A stretch of DNA of 64,000 nucleotides from Planctomycetota bacterium (GTDB lineage: Bacteria; Planctomycetota; UBA8108; UBA1146), in assembly GCA_036338595.1 (NCBI GenBank), contig JAYZBV010000065.1:1-64000 (forward strand), given 5' to 3'. The position numbers were made by a program, and so were the translations under genes. The notes below the pieces were generated by a model, which worked only from the letters and a program-made list of their open reading frames with translations, was not told where the DNA came from and searched no databases. Shown one piece after another: positions 11,886 through 21,061 of this stretch (positions are counted from its first letter, which is position 1; every line of letters begins with the position of its first letter).

Positions 11886-12568
11886 GTTGAGCAGTTCGTC
11901 ATGAGGGTCATCCGGACTGTCGGCTGTTCCGACTCGTCGTACAACCCGAGGTCCTTCATCAATTCCCGACCTTGCGTCGCCTTCTCGGCTGGAGTGCGTT
12001 CCAGTCCCCAATCGAGATCGGTCACCTTATCGACCGGCCTCAACCTGGACTCAGGATTGCGGTGGCAATCAAGGCACCAACCCATGCTCAATGCAGCCAC
12101 CTGATGGACTTCCTCCATCTGATCAATCCTTCCGTGGCATTCGACACAGGAAACTCCCCGGGTCACATGAGCACTGTGATTGAAGTAAACATAATCAGGG
12201 AGATCGTGAACCTTGATCCATGGCACTGGCATTCCGGTGGCGAAGGAATCGCGAATCGGTTTCAACTTCATACTTGTCGGAGCGATCTTGCCGTGACAGT
12301 TCATGCATGTCTCGGTCGGTGGCACGGCAGCAAACCCGGCGCTCTCCACGGTTGTGTGGCAATACCGACAATCAAGCCCCAGTTCTCCAACATGCAAGGC
12401 GTGACTGTAGGGAACCGGTTGCTCTGGCATGTATCCAGCATTGAGAGTCTTGGGGGAGGCGCCGAAGTTGATCATCAACACGACATAAAGGCCGCTCACT
12501 GCAGCTCCAGCACCAAGCAACTTGATGAGTTGATCCACCCAGGGCGGAAAAATAGGGGTGCGATTCAT
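11873..12568 (-). CDS. actA: Alternative complex III pentaheme cytochrome c ActA
   Basis: N-terminal TM, PEQPVPYSHALH, five CxxCH motifs (CRYCH, CMNCH, CVECH, CLDCH, CSTCH), LPDYVYFNHSAH. Confidence 0.95.
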   Translation of the reverse strand: MNRTPIFPPWVDQLIKLLGAGAAVSGLYVVLMINFGASPKTLNAGYMPEQPVPYSHALHVGELGLDCRYCHTTVESAGFAAVPPTETCMNCHGKIAPTSMKLKPIRDSFATGMPVPWIKVHDLPDYVYFNHSAHVTRGVSCVECHGRIDQMEEVHQVAALSMGWCLDCHRNPESRLRPVDKVTDLDWGLERTPAEKATQGRELMKDLGLYDESEQPTVRMTLMTNCSTCHR

Positions 12569-12837
12569 CTGTTCGAAGTTCCTCCTGGCCCCACGAATGT
12601 AGCTGAGCAAACTCGAGCACCGCGATCACTGCTGGGGAGAGGTTGGAGCGTTTCGAGAAGTCTCCAGTGGCGTACAGAAAATAGCGAACCTTGCGGGTCG
12701 CACCTTCCGTCCTCTTCCCCCCCCAGGCCGAGACGGAACGCTGACTACTGGCAGGTTCCACCCACGGGCACAGGCTAGCGAACGGTCCCGGATTCGCAAA
12801 CGAACCCGACGATTTTTTTCATTAATTTGGGGATCAA

Positions 12838-14190
12838 TTAGTCTCCGGTGAGAGCCCCGTTTGGATCCCGATCCAGGTCCGCAGATGGCACCCTCCGGCA
12901 CCAGCACAGCAGCGCTGCCGAGATGCACAAGATGACCGCTCCGAGACTCTGGTGGAGAGTCGCCAGCAGCGTCTCCGAAACTCCGCTGGAGGCACTTCTG
13001 ACCTCGCTGCCGGTCGCAGCGAGAGTCATGAATCCGAGCGACAGCTGCGTGATCGTTGCCAGAATCATCGCTATCGCTAATCGACTCCGGGTTCTCGAAC
13101 TGGATTCCTGACCGACCATCGCAGCGACCACGATCACGGCCAGCAATGCCAGAAATCCGCCGATCAGGTGAGGAACCACCCAGGACCGAGAGATGTGTCG
13201 AGAAAGGCCACCCAACAGTAACTGACAGCACAACAGCACCAGCAGCCATCGACTGGCGCGGGCCCAGCTTCGATGATGGACCACGGGCGCTTCGGTGCGC
13301 CAGCTGATGGAGGCGAGGGTCGCCATCACGGCCAGAACCGCGAGAAAGAGCTGACCGTGGATGCCATGGACGACTCTCAGAACCAGACTCAATCCGGATT
13401 CGACCGATTCCGTCACCTGGCCAGCCACCACCTCCACCGATTTCGCTTCTGTCACCCGATATCCCCCGAGGATGCCCTGTACCACCACTTGAACCGAGGC
13501 GAGCAGGCCCAGCCACGAGAGGGACCTGCGCCTGGCGATTCGCCAGCAGTAGATCGCCATCGACAGGGTGACCAGGCCGACCAGAGATCCGAAGAGCCGG
13601 TGGGCGTGTTCGTAATAGATTCCTCCGGTCATCCTGGAGAGAGGCAGCAGAAACATGTTGTTACCAAATGAGCCTGGCCAGTCGGGAACCGCCATCCCCG
13701 CCTCTTCGCTGGTCACGAGTCCTCCGATCCCGACCAGCATCAAGGTCGCAAAGAACGCGGTACGAGTGATCGACTCGACACCCTTCTCGGCTGTCGATCC
13801 TCCACCGGAGGTGGTGGCAGCACCCAGAGCAGCGAGAGCCATGCAACTGAGCACGAAGGTCGACGCGGACACCACGACACTCGAAACCGTTGCCTCCTCT
13901 GGCACCAGCACCGCACCCAGTACCAGCAGGTCGATCACGCCGGCAATCGCGCCCGTCATCAGTGCGGACCGGAATCTGTCGGAACTTCGAGAAGCAGCGA
14001 CTCTCCCTGCCAGGATCAGGATCATGACGAGCAGAAAAAAGAGCAGCCACGGCGGCGCTTCGATGAAGGGGAGGCGACAGAGATACCCGGCACTCCACAT
14101 CGACACCGTGGCCCCGATGCCGACCGGAATCGCAGCAATCCACCAGGAAACGGGATCCTGGGGCGACAACGTCCCTGTCTTTCCGGTCAT
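12838..14190 (-). CDS. ctaA: Heme A synthase (COX15/CtaA family) with N-terminal membrane extension
   Basis: GGLVTS..AGMAVPDWP, YEHAHRLFG, QGILGG, HGIHGQ, PHLIGG, LHQSLG; adjacent to the aa3 oxidase operon. Confidence 0.85.
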   Translation of the reverse strand: MTGKTGTLSPQDPVSWWIAAIPVGIGATVSMWSAGYLCRLPFIEAPPWLLFFLLVMILILAGRVAASRSSDRFRSALMTGAIAGVIDLLVLGAVLVPEEATVSSVVVSASTFVLSCMALAALGAATTSGGGSTAEKGVESITRTAFFATLMLVGIGGLVTSEEAGMAVPDWPGSFGNNMFLLPLSRMTGGIYYEHAHRLFGSLVGLVTLSMAIYCWRIARRRSLSWLGLLASVQVVVQGILGGYRVTEAKSVEVVAGQVTESVESGLSLVLRVVHGIHGQLFLAVLAVMATLASISWRTEAPVVHHRSWARASRWLLVLLCCQLLLGGLSRHISRSWVVPHLIGGFLALLAVIVVAAMVGQESSSRTRSRLAIAMILATITQLSLGFMTLAATGSEVRSASSGVSETLLATLHQSLGAVILCISAALLCWCRRVPSADLDRDPNGALTGD

Positions 14191-14580
14191 TTTTCCCCGA
14201 TCCAACCACGGACTCTGCCCTGCGAAAGATCATCTGGCACCGGCTTGCCGCCAGATTGCGTCCTGTCCCTGCCGGATCAAAGAATCTCCCACATGAGGAA
14301 TCAAGGAAATCATCGAGTCTCGTGCTTCGAATCGACACAATTTTTCACTCTTGAAATTGATCCCCCCTTCACGGGAGGGGACTCCTGTGGGAGAATAGAG
14401 CCTCAGGCGCGTTTTCGGCTACCGGTCCGCCTTTAACCGGATGGCCACGACGACTGCTCCGAGGCTTTTGAATTGATGCTAGAGAAAAACCAGCTCACAC
14501 CCTGAGGAAGATGTTTGTCCGGTCTTCGGATACCCGCCATCTTTTCCCAGCGGTCAATGAGCCAAGAGAGGACAGCTATC

Positions 14581-17055
14581 GTGCGTTCCCTTTTCAGTTT
14601 GTTTGTGTGCCTGGCCCTGTTGATACCGACCATGTTGGTGGCTCAGCCTGATGTCATCGTCGGAGATCTTCCCAATACCAACTCCTATGGCACCAGTACA
14701 GGAACTGGCATCTACGCGTACTCCGTCGCTACCACATCCTGCAACATCGGAACGGCGAACCTGAACTGGCAAGCCAACAACAATCAGCACCCCGTGATCG
14801 CACAGGATATGTGGAGACTTCACGAAGGACGGTTCACTCAAATCGGTTCCTCCTGGCTCAAGCACGGCTTCTGTGCGCTGCAGAACACCGGCCTTTGCGC
14901 CGGCTGCGGTGGCGGAGGTGGTTGCCTCAGTTACCTGACTCCCGGTTGTGCTGATCCCTACTCTGCAGGGCTCAACGGCAATCAGAGCAATCTTGGTCCT
15001 CGTTCGCAGGTCAATGCATTCACAGGATTCTTCCCGTACCCCTACAACGCTCCCCCATGCCCCAGCGGGCAGGGAACCATCTGCAGACGGGTTCAGGTTC
15101 AAGAAAGTGACATGATCGGACTGCCAGGCGCACTTTTCTTCGTCAGTGGCCAGTATGTCGCTTCCGACGATTCGAACTTCGGTAATCAGGCGAACAATGC
15201 CTCCTACCGCCGCGTCAATGTTTCCCAGTCCGGCAACCACAGCCTCAGTTTCGTCGGAGGCACACAACAGCAATCTCCGCCGATCCAGGCGTGGCAAGAT
15301 AATCAGCCCTCCGTGACTCTTGTCGATGTGGAGGTCCCCAACGAGGGTCTCTTCATCGCAGGTTACGATGTGATCGATAATGGCAATGGCACCTACAACT
15401 ACGAGTACGCGGTCTACAACATGTACTCGGATCGCTCCGCCAGGAGTTTCTCGGTTCCTTACCCCGCAGGCGCAACCATCCTCGACCACGGATTTCACGA
15501 CCTCACCTGGCACAGCGGCGAACCCTACGATGGAACCGACTGGAATGTGACACTACTGCCCGGGATCGGGATTTCATGGGAGACGGACACTTTTGCCGCC
15601 AATCAGACCGCCAATGCGATGCGCTGGTCGATGATGTTCAACTTCTACTTCACCAGCGATGCTCCTCCGGCGCCCAATTCCGCAACCCTGGGCCTCTTCA
15701 AGCCAGGTGCAGCGGGAGATCCCGACGAGTTGACCTTCGATGTCTTGGCGCCATCTGGCAACTTCCTGCCCGGTGTCCAGAACCTCGCCTGTGACCTGGG
15801 AACCACGACTGCTCCATCCGTCAATTTGTCCTGGACGAATCCGGAGACTTACACATCGATCACGGTCCGTCGGGAAGGTTCGACCATCGCTACCCTCTCG
15901 GGAGGAGCGACCGCTTACACCGATGCCAACGCTTCCTACGGATTGACCACTTACACGGTGCAGGCGGAGCAGGGTTCCGTGCCCGCCGCCGAGATCCCGT
16001 GCCAGATCAACATCACTCCGCAACCGCAGGGCAACTTCAGTTGTTCACAGCCAGACCCCGAGGCGAACGATGTTCTGCTGAGCTGGTCCAATGGCATGAC
16101 CTACGATGCGATCAGCCTGTCTCGAAATGGCACCCTGATTGCAAGCATGGGCGGTGACACGACCTCCTACACCGATTCTGGTGCGTCCGTGAGCAGTCAT
16201 TTCTACACGATGAGCGCCAGTTCCGGCGGTGTGACCACAGCAACCCTCGAGTGCGTCATCACGGTGCTACCTCCCCCGCCGCTGGGCTTCACCGTGACCG
16301 CACCAACGGTCTCCGCTGGATTCGATCCAGGCACCGGAGCCGGCTCTTTCTCTGCGCTTCTCACCGCCATTGAATCGCCCTCGAATACCGGATACCCCAA
16401 TCCGATCAGTGGCTACTCGTTGGCCCTGGTTTTCGATGGGTCGCTGGCTCTCGTCAGTGCCCTCGATGAAACAGTCGTGCCCGCAGACCTCGACTTCTTC
16501 GACGGACAGTGGGGAGATGGCTGGGTCACCATCGGTGCAGTGGTCGATTTCACCAGCGCCACTTCGCTCGATCTCTCGTCCGATGTAAATCTGGCAAGTG
16601 TCGAGTTCAACACCAACCCGGGTGGATTGATCGGCCAGATGAATCCGGTCTCATCGGCGCTCAGTTGGCAAAATGGCGTCAATGGAGGCGGCCTTCCCGT
16701 CGACAACCTGATCGTTGTCGGCTCAACTCCGATGGCTCCCAGCTTCGTACACGGGGCGATCAATCTCGCTCCTGGCGCCGGCGAGACCTTCGTTCGTGGC
16801 GACATCAATGATGACTCGGTGATCAACATCGCTGACGCAGTCGCTGGCTTGACCTATCTCTTCAACGGCGGTCCCGCTGGCTGCATCGATGCGGTCGACA
16901 CCAATGACGATTGCCAGGCGAACGTTGCGGATGGCGTCTATCTTCTCGGCTTCCTCTTTTCGGGTGGCGCAGCGCCGCCAGCACCGAGTCCAAATTGTGG
17001 GTCCGATACGACGGCAGACGCACTCGAGTGTGCCACTTACAACAGCTGCCCCTGA
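14581..17055 (+). CDS. Large secreted modular protein: lysyl-oxidase-like domain, beta-sandwich, 2x FN3-like, cohesin-like, C-terminal dockerin
   Basis: GTG start after GAGAGG; signal peptide ending MLVA-Q; two LSWxN..Y....TxYTD repeats; duplicated Ca-binding dockerin motif FVRGDINDDSVINIAD...DTNDDCQANVAD. Confidence 0.8.
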   Translation: MRSLFSLFVCLALLIPTMLVAQPDVIVGDLPNTNSYGTSTGTGIYAYSVATTSCNIGTANLNWQANNNQHPVIAQDMWRLHEGRFTQIGSSWLKHGFCALQNTGLCAGCGGGGGCLSYLTPGCADPYSAGLNGNQSNLGPRSQVNAFTGFFPYPYNAPPCPSGQGTICRRVQVQESDMIGLPGALFFVSGQYVASDDSNFGNQANNASYRRVNVSQSGNHSLSFVGGTQQQSPPIQAWQDNQPSVTLVDVEVPNEGLFIAGYDVIDNGNGTYNYEYAVYNMYSDRSARSFSVPYPAGATILDHGFHDLTWHSGEPYDGTDWNVTLLPGIGISWETDTFAANQTANAMRWSMMFNFYFTSDAPPAPNSATLGLFKPGAAGDPDELTFDVLAPSGNFLPGVQNLACDLGTTTAPSVNLSWTNPETYTSITVRREGSTIATLSGGATAYTDANASYGLTTYTVQAEQGSVPAAEIPCQINITPQPQGNFSCSQPDPEANDVLLSWSNGMTYDAISLSRNGTLIASMGGDTTSYTDSGASVSSHFYTMSASSGGVTTATLECVITVLPPPPLGFTVTAPTVSAGFDPGTGAGSFSALLTAIESPSNTGYPNPISGYSLALVFDGSLALVSALDETVVPADLDFFDGQWGDGWVTIGAVVDFTSATSLDLSSDVNLASVEFNTNPGGLIGQMNPVSSALSWQNGVNGGGLPVDNLIVVGSTPMAPSFVHGAINLAPGAGETFVRGDINDDSVINIADAVAGLTYLFNGGPAGCIDAVDTNDDCQANVADGVYLLGFLFSGGAAPPAPSPNCGSDTTADALECATYNSCP

Positions 17056-17119
17056 TCGACGATCAGTACCGGGCAGCCGAGATGGACGGTGCGTCTCCTG
17101 CGTGGAGGCTTGCCACGGA

Positions 17120-17158
17120 AAGCGGGGCGCAGGCGCGATCAGCTCCTGCGCCCCGCTT
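17120..17158. terminator. Inverted repeat, probable bidirectional terminator
   Basis: Perfect 14-bp stem AAGCGGGGCGCAGG / CCTGCGCCCCGCTT between convergent genes; weak U-tracts. Confidence 0.6.
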
Positions 17159-17193
17159 CACCATATGGGTGTCCTTGGATCCAGTAGCGCTGC

Positions 17194-18618
17194 TCATACC
17201 CTGGTGCTGATCCACCCCCGACGACGGACGGCGATGGCGCTGAGACCACTTCGCAGGATCCAGTCGAGCACCGTCGCTACCCAGACACCTTGCAGACCGA
17301 GGGCGGGAAATCCGAAGTAGCCGAATGCCAGGATCCAGGCGAAGGGAACCCTGAATCCCCACGACCCCACTGCCGTGATCCACATCACGGGCATGTTTGC
17401 GCCGGCACCGCGCAGGGTGCCGGTCAAGGATTCAGTCACGAGCAGGAATGGGACCTCGAGCGCGCCGATCATGAGGCACATTGCTGCCAGCGTTTGAGTC
17501 TGTTCCTGGATGTCGAAGATCCTCGTCAATCCACCGGAGCTGGTCAGGAACAGCACCATCACCGGAGTCACCAGCATCAAACCCAGAATGCAGGATCGCC
17601 AGGCACTGCGATATGCATCATCTGAATGCCCTGCCCCGAGCAGTCTTCCCGCAACACTGGCTGCCGCCGCCTGAAACCCGTGGGCAGGGAGAAACGCCAT
17701 CGATTGGATCGAGATCGCGATTCTGTGTGCTGCCATCGATGTCGCATCGAGTTTCAGGATGGCGAATTGATAGACCACGAAACCGGAGTGGAACAGTAAT
17801 GCGGCACCAAACGCAGGGGCACTGTGGCGAATCGTCTCCTTCGCCTGGATCAGATCAAAACGCAGAGCCCCGGGGATTCTCAGCGAGATGCGGCCTTCCC
17901 GACTCCACAGGATCACCGTGAGGATCAAGGCCACCTCGAACAGCGGCGCGAGTCCAGTGGCCAGCCCGACCCCTTCCAGACCCATGCGGGGTGCGCCCCA
18001 GAGTCCGAAAAGCAGCACCGCATTGCCAACGATGTTGGCCACATTGCCCAGCACTCCACCGAGAACGGGCAACAACGAGGAGCCCGCACCCCGAAGGGTT
18101 GCCTCCAGCGTCACCGCCAGAGCCCGAAGTGGAAACAGCCATAAAAACCACTTCAGATAACCGTCTGCGAGGCGAGCAATCTCCTGCGCCTGCACAGGAT
18201 TCCCGCTCGCGAGCTGTCCCTCGAGCCAACCGATGCAAGTTTCTCTACCCGAGAATCCAATCAACGTCACCAGGGACCCGACTGCAAATGCCAGTACCAG
18301 TGCCGTATAGGTTGCGGTCGCTGCCTTCAGCCGTTGATTTTCTCCGGTCCGGCGAGCAACGATCGCGGTCGCTCCGATGGCAGTCACTGTGAATATGGTC
18401 GTCAGAGACCAGCACAATGGAGAGACCAGATTCAGCGCCGCCAGTGAGATGTCATCTGCATCCGATGTGGCTGACACCATCTTCGTGTCGACCAAAAATT
18501 GGAAAGTGTGGAGCAGGTACTGGAGGATGGCAGGAAGCGCAAGTCTCAGGATCTCGCGATCAAGTTGTCGCCCCTTCAATCCGCCATCGAGTTCACCCGC
18601 TGCTGATGGTTGCGTCAC
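17194..18618 (-). CDS. MATE-family efflux transporter
   Basis: ILRLALPAIL, VDTKMV, LRGAG twice, GAPRMGLEGVGLAT, ~12 TM helices. Confidence 0.92.
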   Translation of the reverse strand: MTQPSAAGELDGGLKGRQLDREILRLALPAILQYLLHTFQFLVDTKMVSATSDADDISLAALNLVSPLCWSLTTIFTVTAIGATAIVARRTGENQRLKAATATYTALVLAFAVGSLVTLIGFSGRETCIGWLEGQLASGNPVQAQEIARLADGYLKWFLWLFPLRALAVTLEATLRGAGSSLLPVLGGVLGNVANIVGNAVLLFGLWGAPRMGLEGVGLATGLAPLFEVALILTVILWSREGRISLRIPGALRFDLIQAKETIRHSAPAFGAALLFHSGFVVYQFAILKLDATSMAAHRIAISIQSMAFLPAHGFQAAAASVAGRLLGAGHSDDAYRSAWRSCILGLMLVTPVMVLFLTSSGGLTRIFDIQEQTQTLAAMCLMIGALEVPFLLVTESLTGTLRGAGANMPVMWITAVGSWGFRVPFAWILAFGYFGFPALGLQGVWVATVLDWILRSGLSAIAVRRRGWISTRV

Positions 18619-18630
18619 GTGAGTGGGGCC

Positions 18631-19023
18631 TTACCGTTGAGCTTTTTCGAACCGACCCAGGAGGATTTCTATCCGCTCGACTCGTTCAGTGGCGCGATGG
18701 ACATGATCTTCAATCCTCAACAGGATCGCTCGATCGAATTGTTGACCGGATCTGGAGCGCCACTCCAGATCGTCAGCGATCTCGCGCAGGTGGGTCGTCT
18801 GCATACGGACCTCTTCACGGAGGAGTTTGAGATCTTGCTCTGTTGGTTCAGCCGGTCCTGATCCAGTAGTCGTCACGGTCGGGGAGAGGCCGGTCGCAGG
18901 ATCATTCGCAGTACAACCCTGGAGCATGACCACCAGGATCACCATGGCCAGCGAGGACCTGGGCGTCACTTCACAGCGAGGGCGGGAGAGTTCCTGATCC
19001 GATGCTGGATCGACACGAATCAT
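18631..19023 (-). CDS. Hypothetical lipoprotein with coiled-coil C-terminus
   Basis: Hydrophobic stretch ending in lipobox-like LQGC, heptad-rich C-terminus; fills the gap between aroB and MATE; start uncertain. Confidence 0.6.
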   Translation of the reverse strand: MIRVDPASDQELSRPRCEVTPRSSLAMVILVVMLQGCTANDPATGLSPTVTTTGSGPAEPTEQDLKLLREEVRMQTTHLREIADDLEWRSRSGQQFDRAILLRIEDHVHRATERVERIEILLGRFEKAQR

Positions 19024-19033
19024 CCTTCTCCCT

Positions 19034-20137
19034 TCAGCCGACTGAATTCACGATGGACTCGGGGGGAGAGGACCGCAAGAGCCGCTCCACCACCTCGGTC
19101 GGAACCGATTGGACGACGACCTTGCCGGGGGCGCAGGGTATGACCCAGCGTAACTGTTGACCCCGGGTCTTCTTGTCGGCGAGCAAGGCCGGCATCACAA
19201 CTTCCAGGTCGATTCCACCGAGGCATGTCGGCAGACCCACTCGCTCCATCACTGTTGCGATTCTGCGCTCGGTTCCGGCCGGGGCCTCGCCGATTTCCTC
19301 CGCCAGCCGTGCGGCAAAGCAAAATCCCCTGGCGACCGCTTCGCCATGGAGCACCGGTGGCGACGAGGTCATCTCCAGAGCATGAGCAAGTGTGTGACCC
19401 AGGTTGAGCACTTCCCGACGATCCTCCTCGAAGGGATCCTGTTCGACGATGTCCACCTTTACTGCGACTGCCGATGCGAGTTGCTCCACCGTGGGGATCA
19501 GGTGCTCTGGAATCGCCGCGGGATCGTTTTCGAGCGACTCGAACAGGCCAGGATCTCCGATCCATGCCGCCTTGATCAGTTCTGCCCATCCCATTGCGCG
19601 CTGTTCGATGGGCAATGACTCAAGAAATGCAAGATCCGAGATGACCGCTCTCGGTAGGTGAAAACTACCGATCCGATTCTTGACACCATCGAAGTGGATC
19701 GCTGTCTTGCCTCCGATATGTGCATCGACCATCGCCAGCAGAGTCGTGGGTATGCCGATCCACGGCACACCTCGATGCCAAATCGATGCAGCAAACGCTG
19801 CAGAATCTGCGAGCGCACCACCTCCAGCAACCAGCAGCAAGCCGCCTCGATCGAGTCCCGATTGCGCCATCAGCTCCAGAATGCTGCGAAACGACCCCGT
19901 CCGTTTCGATTCCTCACCGCCGGCCACCATCTTCTCCACCAGCGGAGCCCGCTTCGAGAGGATTTGACGCAGAGGATCCAGCGAGGACTCATCGACACCG
20001 GAGTCTCGCAATAACAATTGCGATGTGGGCAACGGGCCCAGCAACTGGTCGTCAATGACCTGGTCGAGGGGGCCGATTCTGAGCAGGCATGAGGCATCGG
20101 GCCATTCGATTCGAGTACCGAACTGGCCGCGGGTCAT
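19034..20137 (-). CDS. aroB: 3-dehydroquinate synthase
   Basis: GGEESK, GGGALAD, PTTLLAMVDAHIGGKT, KNRIGSFH, LNLGHTLAHALE, HGEAV, DKK; ATG 20137 overlaps the upstream stop (ATGA). Confidence 0.93.
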   Translation of the reverse strand: MTRGQFGTRIEWPDASCLLRIGPLDQVIDDQLLGPLPTSQLLLRDSGVDESSLDPLRQILSKRAPLVEKMVAGGEESKRTGSFRSILELMAQSGLDRGGLLLVAGGGALADSAAFAASIWHRGVPWIGIPTTLLAMVDAHIGGKTAIHFDGVKNRIGSFHLPRAVISDLAFLESLPIEQRAMGWAELIKAAWIGDPGLFESLENDPAAIPEHLIPTVEQLASAVAVKVDIVEQDPFEEDRREVLNLGHTLAHALEMTSSPPVLHGEAVARGFCFAARLAEEIGEAPAGTERRIATVMERVGLPTCLGGIDLEVVMPALLADKKTRGQQLRWVIPCAPGKVVVQSVPTEVVERLLRSSPPESIVNSVG

Positions 20138-21030
20138 CGGGCCCCACGATTGCGGGAGATGCGTCGAGAATCTCCCCTGTTCCTGTTCTGGATCACCAGC
20201 AACAGGATCAGGGATGCCAGCGAGATCGTCATGATGATCCACAAGGGAAGATACCGATCGCCACGTTGTACAAATGGGCTCTGGTAAGGAGCCAGGGTAT
20301 TCGCCACCCACTGCGGCACCATTCCTTCGCCCCCTCGAGCGGTCCTGTAGCGATAGAGCCTCAGAAAATCACCAGACATCAGCACATCACTACCGCTGGG
20401 AAGATTCTTTGGTTTTTTGATGAAATCGACCCGGTGCAATCGGCCATCGAGATCGGACCCGAACACTTCCCAGTACTGTTTCAATCCCGATGCGTTCTCT
20501 TCCAGTGTTCTTGGCTGAGGGTTTTCGATCAGGGTCAGTACCAGTAGATGCCTCTTTCCCCTGAGACTCGAGGCGTCTTCAGCGATCTCGGGAACCCGCG
20601 GAGCCTCCCCTGCCTCCTCGACCTCATGACCAGAACGCCATCGATGAAGCAGATAAATCTGGCCATCCAGTTCAGCTTCGCCTGGAATCCTGGCCTCGAT
20701 ATCCCGAACCCCTGCAAGACGGGCAGGATCTTCAATGAACGGGGCCGCCATCGGAGGCAGCTCACCTACTGGAGTAATCGCAACCGGTTCCGGCACATTG
20801 GACACCGATGAACCGTTCGAGGACCCCACATCCGGGTCGGAACCGGATCCCACTCTCAAGGGGACCACCCCGACAGCGGCAGGAACAGGCTGTTCCACTG
20901 GCCATTGCGGAAACAGCAAGATCATCCCCAGCGCAAGCAGTAGCAGCAGGGGACCGATCACGCGCATTTTTTCGCGCAGGCTCAGCCCCCCTCGAACGGG
21001 ACGATATTTTCTGGGACCGAAGTAAACCAT
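20134..21030 (-). CDS. Hypothetical protein with two TM helices and a periplasmic domain
   Basis: MVYFGPRKY start; TM helices near both ends; coupled to aroB. Confidence 0.7.
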   Translation of the reverse strand: MVYFGPRKYRPVRGGLSLREKMRVIGPLLLLLALGMILLFPQWPVEQPVPAAVGVVPLRVGSGSDPDVGSSNGSSVSNVPEPVAITPVGELPPMAAPFIEDPARLAGVRDIEARIPGEAELDGQIYLLHRWRSGHEVEEAGEAPRVPEIAEDASSLRGKRHLLVLTLIENPQPRTLEENASGLKQYWEVFGSDLDGRLHRVDFIKKPKNLPSGSDVLMSGDFLRLYRYRTARGGEGMVPQWVANTLAPYQSPFVQRGDRYLPLWIIMTISLASLILLLVIQNRNRGDSRRISRNRGAR

Positions 21031-21061
21031 GCCTTCAGGATAACAGGGTACGAACCGACCG

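Noticed and set aside
843..13516. Many long overlapping ORFs on the opposite strand or in other frames (e.g. 2143-3411, 8910-9872, 12626-13516)
   Set aside because: These are typical GC-rich shadow ORFs with no motifs, overlapping well-supported genes.
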